Assembly: GCA_963764195.1 (NCBI GenBank)
Contig: CAVXRG010000011.1
Coordinates: 47,353-111,352, forward strand
Source of the DNA: an uncultured Actinomycetota bacterium
GTDB lineage: Bacteria; Actinomycetota; Actinomycetes; Actinomycetales; Dermatophilaceae
Direction: 5' to 3'
DNA: 64,000 bases
Below, in pieces: positions 55,726 through 63,928 of this stretch. The stretch's first letter is position 1. The number at the start of each line of letters is the position of its first letter. The translations under genes were made by a program, and so were the position numbers. The notes below the pieces were generated by a model, which was not told the origin of the DNA, made no database searches, and worked only from the letters and a program-made list of their open reading frames with translations.

Positions 55726-55742
55726 GGGTCCAGACTGGACCC
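55726..55742. promoter_or_regulatory. Perfect 8+1+8 palindrome GGGTCCAGaCTGGACCC filling the spacer directly before the dinB ATG
   Basis: Read directly. It starts 3 nt after the stop of the 81-aa ORF and ends at the nt before ATG 55743. Confidence 0.35.
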
Positions 55743-56831
55743 ATGAGCACGCCCTGGGTGCTGCACGTCGACCTCGACCAGTTCATCGCCGCGGTCGAGG
55801 TCCTGCGCCGCCCCGAGCTGGCCGGCCTTCCCGTCATCGTCGGCGGGCGGGGTGACCCGACGGAGCGCGCCGTCGTCTCGACGGCTTCCTACGAGGCGCG
55901 GGCCCTCGGCGTCGGATCGGGTATGCCGCTGCGCATCGCCGTGCGCAAGGCGCCCGAGGCGATCCTGCTGCCGGTCGACGGGCCGGCCTACACCGCGGCC
56001 TCGGAGCGCGTCATGGCCGCGCTGCGCGAGGTCCCGGACGACGCCGGGCGGATCGTCGTCGAGGTCCTCGGCTGGGACGAGGCCTTCCTCGGCGTGACGA
56101 CCGCCGACCCCGAGGCGCTCGCCCACCGGGTGCGGGCGGCGGTGCTGGCCGCCACCGGCCTGCACTCCTCGGTGGGCATCGGGGACACGAAGGTCCGGGC
56201 CAAGATCGCGACGGGTTTCGGCAAGCCGCAGGGCGTCTTCCGCCTCACCCGCGACAACTGGTTCGAGGTGATGGGCACGCGGCCCACGATCGACCTCTGG
56301 GGTGTCGGGTCGAAGGTGTCCAAGCGCCTCGCCGCCCACGGGATCGCGACCGTCGACGATCTCGCCCACGCTGACACCTCGGTGCTCGTCGCGGAGTTCG
56401 GACCGCGGATGGGCCGGTGGTACGGCGAGCTCGGCAGCGGCCTCGGCTCGGCGGTCGTCGACGACACCCCGTGGATCGCCCGGGGCCACAGCCGGGAGAC
56501 GACCTACCAGCACAACCTCACGACGAGCGAGCAGGTCGAGGCCGCGGTCCGCGAGCTGGCGGGGCAGGTGTTCGCCGACACCGAGGCGGAGGGGCGCCCC
56601 GTCGTCCGGGTGACGCTCAAGGTCCGCTACGCGCCCTTCTTCACCCAGACCAAGGCGACGAAGCTCCCCGCCCCGACGAGCGAGCGCCAGGACGTCGTGG
56701 CCGCCGCCGTGGCCCTCGCCCGGCGCCTCGATCCCGAGCGGGAGGTGCGCCTGCTCGGGGTCCGCGCCGAGATGGTGATGCCCGAGGAGGGCGACCCCGT
56801 CGAGCGCACCCCGGTCCGCGGCCGCCTCTGA
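55743..56831 (+). CDS. dinB: DNA polymerase IV (Y-family)
   Basis: 362-aa ORF. VLHVDLDQFIAAVEVLRRPELAGLPVIVGG...VVSTASYEARALGVGSGMP. Confidence 0.9.
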   Translation: MSTPWVLHVDLDQFIAAVEVLRRPELAGLPVIVGGRGDPTERAVVSTASYEARALGVGSGMPLRIAVRKAPEAILLPVDGPAYTAASERVMAALREVPDDAGRIVVEVLGWDEAFLGVTTADPEALAHRVRAAVLAATGLHSSVGIGDTKVRAKIATGFGKPQGVFRLTRDNWFEVMGTRPTIDLWGVGSKVSKRLAAHGIATVDDLAHADTSVLVAEFGPRMGRWYGELGSGLGSAVVDDTPWIARGHSRETTYQHNLTTSEQVEAAVRELAGQVFADTEAEGRPVVRVTLKVRYAPFFTQTKATKLPAPTSERQDVVAAAVALARRLDPEREVRLLGVRAEMVMPEEGDPVERTPVRGRL

Positions 56832-56841
56832 ACCGGCCGCC

Positions 56842-58488
56842 TCACAGGGCGGCGGCCACCGACCGCCCGGCGGTCCGGCCACTGAAGAGGCACCCGCCGA
56901 GGAAGGTCCCCTCGAGCGAGTTGTAGCCGTGCATCCCCCCGCCGCCGAACCCGCTGACCTCCCCAGCGGCATACACGCCCCCGAGCGGCTCGCCGCCGAC
57001 GCGCAGGACCCGGCCGAGCAGGTCGGTCTCGAGCCCGCCGAGCGTCTTACGGGTGAGGATGTTGAGCCGGACGGCGATGAGCGGACCGGCCTCGGGATCG
57101 AGCAGCCGGTGGGGCGCGGCGACGCGGATCAGCTTGTCCCCGCGATATCTCCGGGCACCCCTGATGGCGGTCATCTGCGCGTCCTTGCCGAAGTCGTTGG
57201 CGACCTCGTTGTCCCGCGCCGTGATCACCCGCCGGAGGCTCTCGAGGTCGACGAGGCCCTCGCCGGTCAGGGCGTTCATGCCGCTGACGAGCTCGTCGAG
57301 GGTGTCGGCCACGACGAAGTCCTCCCCGTGCTCGACGAAGGCCGCGACGGGCCCGGGCGCGCCCTTGCGCGCGCGGCCGAGCACCTGCCGCACGTCCTTG
57401 CCGGTGAGGTCGGGGTTCTGCTCCGAGCCCGACAGGGCGAACTCCTTCTCGATGATCCGTTGGGTGAGGACGAACCACGAGTAGTCGTGGCCGCTGCGCA
57501 TGATGTGCCCGAGGCTGCCGAGCGTGTCGAAGCCGGGGAAGTAGGGCGCCGGGAAGCGCCGGCCACGCGCGTCGAGCCAGAGCGAGGAGGGCCCGGGCAG
57601 CACGCGGATGCCGTGGCCCTCCCACACGGGGGCCCAGTTGCGCAGACCCTCGGTGTAGTGCCACATCCGGTCGGGGTTGATGACCCGGCCGCCGGCGCTC
57701 TCGGTGATGCCGAGCATCCGCCCGTCGACGTGGGCGGGCACCCCGGTGACCATCCGGGTCGGCGGCCTGCCGAGCCGCGCCGGCCACGCTCGGCGCACGA
57801 GGTCGTGGTTGCCGCCGATGCCGCCGCTCGTGACGACGACGGCCTGGGCGGTGATCTCGAAGTCGCCGACCTCGGTGCGGCTGCTCGGTCGCCCGCGCTC
57901 GACGTGGTCGTCCTCGAGGACGGCTCCGCGCACGCCGGTGACGACGCCGCCGGTCTCGACGAGGGCGTCGACGCGGTGCCGGAAGGCGAGGGTCACCCGG
58001 CCCCGGGCGACGCCCTCGCGGACCCGCCTCTCGAAGGGTGCGACGATGCCGGGGCCGGTGCCCCACGTGAGGTGGAAGCGCGGCACCGTGTTGCCGTGAC
58101 CGTCGGCGCGCCCGTCACCGCGCTCGGCCCAGCCGACGACGGGGAAGAGGCGGTGCCCCTGCTCGTGCAGCCAGGCCCGCTTCTCCCCGGCAGCGAAGTG
58201 GAGATAGGCCTCGGCCCACTTCCGCGGCCAGAAGTCCTCCTCCCGGTCGAACTGCGCCGAGCCGAGCCAGTCCTGTCGCGCCAGCTCGAGGCTGTCGGAG
58301 ATCCCCATCCGGCGCTGCTCCGGGCTGCCGACGAGGAAGAGTCCGCCGAAGCTCCACCAGGCCTGGCCGCCGATCGACTGCTCGCCCTCCTGGTCGACGA
58401 GCACGACCCGCCGTCCGGCGTCGACGAGCTCAGCGGTGGCGACGAGCCCGGCGAGGCCGGCCCCGACGACGACGACGTCGGTCTCCAT
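56842..58488 (-). CDS. FAD-binding dehydrogenase (fumarate-reductase/KstD-like flavoprotein fold)
   Basis: ORF 56842..58509; the likely start is ATG 58488 with a GAGAGGGA Shine-Dalgarno. DVVVVGAGLAGLVATAEL...VVLVDQEGEQSIGGQAWWSFGGLF. Confidence 0.8.
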   Translation of the reverse strand: METDVVVVGAGLAGLVATAELVDAGRRVVLVDQEGEQSIGGQAWWSFGGLFLVGSPEQRRMGISDSLELARQDWLGSAQFDREEDFWPRKWAEAYLHFAAGEKRAWLHEQGHRLFPVVGWAERGDGRADGHGNTVPRFHLTWGTGPGIVAPFERRVREGVARGRVTLAFRHRVDALVETGGVVTGVRGAVLEDDHVERGRPSSRTEVGDFEITAQAVVVTSGGIGGNHDLVRRAWPARLGRPPTRMVTGVPAHVDGRMLGITESAGGRVINPDRMWHYTEGLRNWAPVWEGHGIRVLPGPSSLWLDARGRRFPAPYFPGFDTLGSLGHIMRSGHDYSWFVLTQRIIEKEFALSGSEQNPDLTGKDVRQVLGRARKGAPGPVAAFVEHGEDFVVADTLDELVSGMNALTGEGLVDLESLRRVITARDNEVANDFGKDAQMTAIRGARRYRGDKLIRVAAPHRLLDPEAGPLIAVRLNILTRKTLGGLETDLLGRVLRVGGEPLGGVYAAGEVSGFGGGGMHGYNSLEGTFLGGCLFSGRTAGRSVAAAL

Positions 58489-58594
58489 GGGTCCCTCTCG
58501 GTCGGTCACGGCACCCGGCGCGTATGCCGCTGTGCCCGACCAGCCTCCCCACCCGGCCGCCGTGGGTCAACCGTCTCCGACGGCAGCGGGCACG

Positions 58595-58984
58595 TCACGA
58601 GGGCGTGATCGCCCGGAGCGCCGCCACGGCCTCGTCACGCCGGTCCCACGGCACGAGGAGGTGGTCGTGGTGGTAGCCGGCGACGACGTTGCAGCTGAGG
58701 CCGCGGTCGGCGAGGGCCCGGGCGAAGGCAGCCGTCATGCCCACCGCCTCGAGCGACGAGTGCACCGTCAGCGTGATCCGGGCCTGTCGGGTGCTGGCCT
58801 CGAGCCCGTGACGCCGAGCCTCGCTCGCCGTCACGACGACGGTGAGGCCCTCGGTCTCGCGAACGGTCGCGAAGGGCTCGAGGCCGGCGGGCGAACGGTC
58901 GACGACGGCATACACCCACGGCTCGGGGTCGAGCTCGGGCTCGAGCGAGTCGAGCAGCAGACGCAGGTCGGTGATCCCGGACAT
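58595..58984 (-). CDS. ACT-domain protein
   Basis: 129-aa ORF. LEPELDPEPWVYAVV...VGMTAAFARALADRGLSCNVVAGYHHDHLLVP. Confidence 0.7.
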   Translation of the reverse strand: MSGITDLRLLLDSLEPELDPEPWVYAVVDRSPAGLEPFATVRETEGLTVVVTASEARRHGLEASTRQARITLTVHSSLEAVGMTAAFARALADRGLSCNVVAGYHHDHLLVPWDRRDEAVAALRAITPS

Positions 58985-59020
58985 GGGTCGATGCTCGCAC
59001 CCCGTCCCCGGATGTCCGGG

Positions 59021-59695
59021 TCAGCAGCCGATGGTGGGGTAGTTGTTCGGAACGTCGGTGTTCGACGCCTTCTGGGTGAAGGTCCTGTTCTCGCCGTTGT
59101 AGCGGTAGGTCATCGAGGTGGTCACGGAGACGGTCACGGAGTCGATGTGGGGGCAGGTGATGCCGAACGCGCCGTCGTTGGGGGCGGTGGCAGAGAAGTT
59201 GTACATGGTGTCCTGGATCGCCGACGTGTTCTGTGCCGCGGACCCGTTCAGGCACCGCTTCGTCAGCGTGACCGTCTTGGTCTTGCTCGTCGGCTTCGTG
59301 ATCGTGGCCGAGACGCCATCCGTGCCGATGGAGATGTCGGCGGACGAGCCTCCTGCGATGTGGGCCGAGAAGCTCGCTGTCTCGCAGATCTGGATGCGGT
59401 TGCTCCCCGAGAAGCTGCCGCGGTAGGTCACGCCGCTCGGCACCCCGACGATGACCCGCTGGAAGAACTGGTCGCGCAGCGTCTTGTCGCGGGTGCACCA
59501 GCGCACCATGCCTGAGACCCTGCCCGTCATCGAGCGCCCGTTCTGCGTCGCAGACCGGCTGCCGCTGATGACCCCGTCCTCCTGCTTGTGGAAGCCACTC
59601 CCGCAGCTGTCGGCTGCCGACGCGGAGGACACTCCGGCCGTGAGCAGGGAGGTGCTCGCGAGGGCGGTGGCGAGCACGACGCGCATGGTCTTCAT
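59021..59695 (-). CDS. Secreted protein with six Cys, no recognised domain
   Basis: ORF 59021..59836 trimmed to ATG 59695. The Sec signal is MKTMRVVLATALASTSLLTAGVSSASA/ADSC. The mature part is Ser/Thr/Asn-rich and ends in Cys. Confidence 0.6.
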   Translation of the reverse strand: MKTMRVVLATALASTSLLTAGVSSASAADSCGSGFHKQEDGVISGSRSATQNGRSMTGRVSGMVRWCTRDKTLRDQFFQRVIVGVPSGVTYRGSFSGSNRIQICETASFSAHIAGGSSADISIGTDGVSATITKPTSKTKTVTLTKRCLNGSAAQNTSAIQDTMYNFSATAPNDGAFGITCPHIDSVTVSVTTSMTYRYNGENRTFTQKASNTDVPNNYPTIGC

Positions 59696-59940
59696 GGGGG
59701 TCCTTCGGGGAGGGCGACCGGGGTTGGAGCCCGGTCCGTCGGGTCGGATGCCGGAAATGTAGCCACCGGGGGAAGCTGCCGGGGCGCAAACCGGGCGAGA
59801 CACGCCGAGGCATCTCCGCCGGGTCACAGGGGGCATGACCGCTGGGCACGCGTCGCAGGCCGCGACCGGAGAGCGAGAGGATGCTGAGGACCGACGACAA
59901 CCCCGACGGCCCCTTACCGAGGACCACCGGCGCGAGGCGG

Positions 59941-60264
59941 TCAGGCGGCCCTGAGCAGGGTCACCGACGCCCGGCCCGATGGGCCGGGCACGCTCGTGTC
60001 GGCGAGCTCGCGCAGCTCGTGGTGCGCGGAGCCGAGGAGGTCGACGACGCTCGAGCCGAGGGCCACGCAGACCGCCTCGATCATCTCCGAGCTGGGCTCC
60101 TTGAGGCCCCGCTCGAGCTCGGAGAGGTAGGCGACGGAGATGCCGGCCGCGGCGGCGACCTCGGCGAGCGTCCGTCCCTGCCGCTGGCGCCGGCGGCGCA
60201 ACAGCGCCCCGAAGACGTCGCGCAGCAGCGGGGTGGGGCGGGTCAGGGGCGTGAGAGGGGCCAT
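59941..60264 (-). CDS. XRE-family HTH transcriptional regulator
   Basis: 107-aa ORF. LLRRRRQRQGRTLAEVAAAAGISVAYLSELERGLKEPS. Confidence 0.8.
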   Translation of the reverse strand: MAPLTPLTRPTPLLRDVFGALLRRRRQRQGRTLAEVAAAAGISVAYLSELERGLKEPSSEMIEAVCVALGSSVVDLLGSAHHELRELADTSVPGPSGRASVTLLRAA

Positions 60265-60375
60265 GACGACCTCCGATCGGGGCGGGTCTCCATCATCACC
60301 CCCGCGTCGGCGGGACGCCCCGGACCGGCGGACGCTTCGCTCTGGGCGAAACCGGCCGCCGCCGTCCGGCAGGGG

Positions 60376-60405
60376 TTGCCTGCCCGATGTTCACACTGTT
60401 AACTT
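60376..60405 (+). promoter_or_regulatory. Possible promoter (TTGCCT-18-TAACTT) overlapping a 15-nt near-palindrome GTTCACACTGTTAAC
   Basis: TTGCCT at 60376-60381 and TAACTT at 60400-60405. The palindrome at 60389-60403 has 6 of 7 arm pairs. It lies in the divergent region between the XRE gene and the ABC ATPase gene. Confidence 0.3.
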
Positions 60406-60470
60406 TGATCGGACGACCGTCGGCGCGGGGCCGTACGCTGGGGTCGAGACGCCGACGCGGGGAGCAGCAG

Positions 60471-61523
60471 ATGACCATGACCGTCAACCGGGGCGACCCC
60501 GGCACGCGCCTGACCGGCCCGGCCATCGAGGCCGAGCACCTCGTCAAGACCTTCGCCGACCTCACCGCCGTCGACGACGTCAGCTTCACCGTGCCACAGG
60601 GGACGGTGCTCGGCCTGCTCGGCCCCAACGGGGCCGGCAAGACGACCACGGTGCGGATGATGACGACGCTGACCCGGCCGACGAGCGGCACCGCCCGGGT
60701 CGCCGGTCACGACGTGGTGCGCGAGCCCGACGCGGTGCGGCGGTCGATGGGCCTGACGGGTCAGGCGGCCACGGTCGACGAGCTGCTCACCGGCCGCGAG
60801 AACCTCCGCCTCATCGGGTCGCTCTACGGACTGGGTCGCCGCGACATCCGCACCCTCAGCGAGGAGCTGCTCGACCGCTTCTCGCTGACCGAGGCCGGCG
60901 ACAAGGTGATCAAGTCCTACTCCGGCGGCATGCGGCGGCGGCTCGACCTCGCGGTGAGCCTCATCGCCGCGCCGTCCGTGCTCTTCCTCGACGAGCCCAC
61001 CACGGGGCTCGACCCACGCAGCCGGGTGGAGCTGTGGGACGTGCTGCGGGGCCTCGTCCGCGACGGCACGACCCTGCTGCTGACGACCCAGTACCTCGAG
61101 GAGGCCGACCAGCTCGCCGACCGCATCGTCGTGATCGACCACGGCCGAATCATCGCCGAGGGCACCCCGCTCGAGCTGAAGGACCGGGCCGGACGGGCGA
61201 GCATCGTGCTCACCGTGTCGCACGGACACCAGCTCGCGGCGGCCCGCGAGCTGCTCGAGCAGCACGCCCCCGAGGTCCACGTCGACGAGGCGGCCCGCCA
61301 GCTCACGGCCGCCGCCGACGGCCTGCGCGACATGACCCGGATCGCGGCCGTCTTCGACGGGACGGACATCGTGCTGGACGACCTCGGCCTCAAGCGGCCG
61401 AGCCTCGACGACGTGTTCCTCAGCCTGACGGGGCACCGCGCCGCCGCTGACGACGACGCCGACGACGGCGAGGCCGCGTGGGTCGACGGAGCCGGCACGG
61501 AGCGCCAGGAGGAGTCCCGATGA
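60471..61523 (+). CDS. ABC transporter ATP-binding protein, DrrA-like
   Basis: ORF 60387..61523 trimmed to ATG 60471. Walker A GPNGAGKTT, signature YSGGMRRRL and Walker B VLFLDEPTTGLD. Confidence 0.9.
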   Translation: MTMTVNRGDPGTRLTGPAIEAEHLVKTFADLTAVDDVSFTVPQGTVLGLLGPNGAGKTTTVRMMTTLTRPTSGTARVAGHDVVREPDAVRRSMGLTGQAATVDELLTGRENLRLIGSLYGLGRRDIRTLSEELLDRFSLTEAGDKVIKSYSGGMRRRLDLAVSLIAAPSVLFLDEPTTGLDPRSRVELWDVLRGLVRDGTTLLLTTQYLEEADQLADRIVVIDHGRIIAEGTPLELKDRAGRASIVLTVSHGHQLAAARELLEQHAPEVHVDEAARQLTAAADGLRDMTRIAAVFDGTDIVLDDLGLKRPSLDDVFLSLTGHRAAADDDADDGEAAWVDGAGTERQEESR

Positions 61524-62410
61524 GCGACACGACAACCGACGTCCGCAGCGACGTCCCGACCGGCGGCGCCCCCGACCGGGGCCGCGTGCGGCGGCCCGAC
61601 GGTGCGCCGTCCTTCGCGCCACCGGGCCGGGTCCGGCAGGTGCGCACGATGGTCTGGCGCAACCTCAAGCACATCCGCCGCCAGCCCGAGATGCTCGCCG
61701 ACGTGACGATCCAGCCGATCATGTTCGTCGTGCTCTTCGCCTTCGTCTTCGGCGGCTCGATCCAGACGCCGGGCAGCGGCTACCGGGAGTGGCTGCTGCC
61801 CGGGATCATGGCCCAGACGATGACCTTCTCCGCCGCCGTCGTCGCGCTCGGGCTCAACACCGACATCGACCGGGGCATCGTCGACCGCTTCCGGTCGCTG
61901 CCGATCTCACGGTCGTCCGTGCTCGTCGGGCGCAGCATCTCGAGCCTGCTGCACTCGAGCATCGGGATCCTCGTGATGTCGGTGACCGGGCTGCTCATCG
62001 GCTGGCGGATCAGGGAAGGCCTCGGCAACGCCCTGCTCGCCTTCGGGCTGCTCCTGCTCTTCGGCTTCGCGATGATCTGGCTCGGGATCCTCGTCGGCTC
62101 CGCGCTCCGGTCGGTCGAGGCCGTCAACGGCTTCATGTTCACGGCGATCTTCCCGATCACCTTCCTGGCCAACACCTTCGCCCCCACGGAGAACATGACT
62201 CCGTGGCTGCGCACGATCGCCGAGTGGAACCCGATCAGCTCCCTCGTGCAGGCGCTGCGCCAGCTGTGGGGCAACGCGCCGGCCGCACCACCCGACGCGG
62301 CCTGGCCGTTGACCCACCCCGTGCTCGTCACGATCGTGTGGTCGGTCGGGCTCTCGCTCGTCCTCGCCCCGCTCGCGCTCCGGGCCTTCGGCAAGCGCAC
62401 CGAGAACTGA
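61520..62410 (+). CDS. ABC-2 type transporter permease, DrrB-like
   Basis: ORF 61478..62410 trimmed to ATG 61520 (ATGA overlap with the ATPase stop). Six TM-like segments. Confidence 0.85.
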   Translation: MSDTTTDVRSDVPTGGAPDRGRVRRPDGAPSFAPPGRVRQVRTMVWRNLKHIRRQPEMLADVTIQPIMFVVLFAFVFGGSIQTPGSGYREWLLPGIMAQTMTFSAAVVALGLNTDIDRGIVDRFRSLPISRSSVLVGRSISSLLHSSIGILVMSVTGLLIGWRIREGLGNALLAFGLLLLFGFAMIWLGILVGSALRSVEAVNGFMFTAIFPITFLANTFAPTENMTPWLRTIAEWNPISSLVQALRQLWGNAPAAPPDAAWPLTHPVLVTIVWSVGLSLVLAPLALRAFGKRTEN

Positions 62411-62433
62411 CCGGCCCGGCGTCTGGGGAGCGC

Positions 62434-63243
62434 TCAGCCCACCTGTGCGCGCAGCCAGCTGATGTCGGCGGACTGCGCCTCGACGCCACCGGGCGTCTCG
62501 CAGACCACCGGCGCGCCCGCGGCGCGGACCACGCCTGCGAGCGCGTCACCGGTGATGTGGCCGGAGCCGAAGTTCGTGTGCCGGTCGGCGCCCGAGTCGA
62601 ACTCGTCGCGGGAGTCGTTGGCGTGCACGAGGTCGATCCGCCCGGTGATCGCCCGCACGTCGTCGACGACGGTGCCGAGGTCGTTGCCACCGGCGTGGGC
62701 GTGGCAGGTGTCGAGGCAGAAGCCGACCCGGTCACTGCCGCTGGCGGACCCGATCGCGTCCCATAGCCGGGCGATCGCCTCGAGCCGACGCGCCATCGCG
62801 TTGTCACCGCCGGCGGTGTTCTCGATGAGGAGGGGGACGGCGAGGTCGAGGCCGTCGATGCACTTGCGCCAGTTGTCGAAGCCGGTCGCCGCGTCCTCGT
62901 CGACGCCGAGGTGTCCGCCGTGGACGACGAGGCCCTTGGCCCCGATCTCGGCGGCCGCGGTGAGGTGCTGCTGAAGAAGCTTGCGCCCGGGGATGCGGAT
63001 CCGGTTGTTGAGGCTCGCGACATTGATCGGGTAGGGCGCGTGGACGTAGAGGTCGACCCCGGCAGCCTCCGCGGCGGCCTTGAGCGCAACGGCGCCGCCC
63101 TCGTAGCGCACGACCGGTCCCTTGTAGCTCTGCGGGTCGCCGAGGAAGAGCTGGGAGAGGTCCGCTCCTCGTCGCTGTGCCTCCGCGACGGGGTCCTGCT
63201 GGTCGACGTGGGCTCCGATCGCGGGGGTTGCCATGTCCGCCAT
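62434..63243 (-). CDS. nfo: Endonuclease IV (AP endonuclease family 2)
   Basis: ORF 62434..63309; the start is ATG 63243 or 63234. IGAHV..., YVHAPYPINVAS, LVVHGGH, ENTAGG, FCLDTCHAHAGG and VHANDS. Confidence 0.85.
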   Translation of the reverse strand: MADMATPAIGAHVDQQDPVAEAQRRGADLSQLFLGDPQSYKGPVVRYEGGAVALKAAAEAAGVDLYVHAPYPINVASLNNRIRIPGRKLLQQHLTAAAEIGAKGLVVHGGHLGVDEDAATGFDNWRKCIDGLDLAVPLLIENTAGGDNAMARRLEAIARLWDAIGSASGSDRVGFCLDTCHAHAGGNDLGTVVDDVRAITGRIDLVHANDSRDEFDSGADRHTNFGSGHITGDALAGVVRAAGAPVVCETPGGVEAQSADISWLRAQVG

Positions 63244-63328
63244 CGTAGGCGTCGACTCGGGCGCCGACCCTGCGGCCCGTCCGGCGTGCGGACCGGATTG
63301 CATAAGCAAGACTTATGTGTTCAATAAT

Positions 63329-63856
63329 ATGAGCATGACCTCGCTCCGCCTCCCGCACTTCCCCTCCACCGTCGACGACGTCTCGGTCCGCCTCATCGCG
63401 GCCGTCGTCCTCGCCGTCGGGGTCATCGCGCTCGCCGCCTCGCAGTGGTGGCTGTATGCCGTGCTCGCCGTCGACTTCTCCCTGCGGGCCGCCCTCGGCC
63501 CCCAGGCGAGCCCGATCGCCCGCAGCGTGGGCCGCTGGATCCGGCCGCGCGTCGGCGTGCCCCGCCGGCCCACCGCGGGTGCGCCCAAGCAGTTCGCCGC
63601 TGCCATCGGCGCCGTGCTCACCGTCGTGGCGTCCGCGCTCTGGCTCGTCAGCGTCCTCACCGGCTCGACCGGCGTCCTCGTGGCGGTCACGGTGATCGGC
63701 GTCGTCATGGTCGCGTTCCCGGCGCTCGAGGCCGTCTTCGGGTTCTGCGTCGGCTGCCGCCTCTTTGCCGGGCTGATGCGGATGGGCCTCGTGCCCGAGG
63801 AGGTCTGCCTCGACTGCGCCGACATCACGCGCCGGGCCCGGCTGCACACCGTCTGA
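63329..63856 (+). CDS. DUF4395 family membrane protein
   Basis: ORF 63233..63856 trimmed to ATG 63329. The C-terminal EAVFGFCVGCRLF motif is present. An AT-rich upstream region contains CATAAG-N5-CTTATG (63301-63317). Confidence 0.7.
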   Translation: MSMTSLRLPHFPSTVDDVSVRLIAAVVLAVGVIALAASQWWLYAVLAVDFSLRAALGPQASPIARSVGRWIRPRVGVPRRPTAGAPKQFAAAIGAVLTVVASALWLVSVLTGSTGVLVAVTVIGVVMVAFPALEAVFGFCVGCRLFAGLMRMGLVPEEVCLDCADITRRARLHTV

Positions 63857-63862
63857 GCCCCA

Positions 63863-63909
63863 GGATCCCCCGGATCCCCGCCGTTCGTGGCCGGGGGTCC
63901 GGGGGATTC
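63863..63909. terminator. Long imperfect GC-rich hairpin between convergent genes (bidirectional terminator candidate)
   Basis: GGATCCCCCGGATCCCC (63863-63879) pairs with GGGGTCCGGGGGATTC (63894-63909), with about 15 of 17 positions complementary. Confidence 0.45.
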
Positions 63910-63928
63910 GTCTGTCTGGCAGCTGAGC

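Noticed and set aside
54203-55742. LexA SOS box or RecA-independent (TGTCGGTG-N8-TAnnnT) damage promoter controlling the dinB-linked module
   Set aside because: There is no TCGAAC-N4-GTTCGA. TGTCGGGT at 54243-54250 resembles the RecA-independent promoter -35-like element, but no TAnnnT follows at the required 8-nt spacing. The GAACGTTC cores at 14819 and 14842 lack the N4 spacer and sit in a LacI context.
59021-59695. Horizontal acquisition of the secreted Cys-protein gene, suggested by visibly lower GC
   Set aside because: On translating codon by codon, third positions are still almost all G/C. The lower GC comes from the Ser/Thr/Asn/Lys/Ile-rich amino-acid composition, not from foreign codon usage.
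59696-59940. Cyclic-di-AMP (ydaO-type) riboswitch upstream of the secreted protein gene
   Set aside because: The fragment CCGACCCGACGG..GCTCCAACC vaguely recalls the CCCGAACCCGnCAGCTAACCTCGTAAGCG core. However, the conserved ACCTCGTAAGCG tail and the paired GGGGA/GGGTGAATC elements are not present. It cannot be supported without a covariance-model scan.
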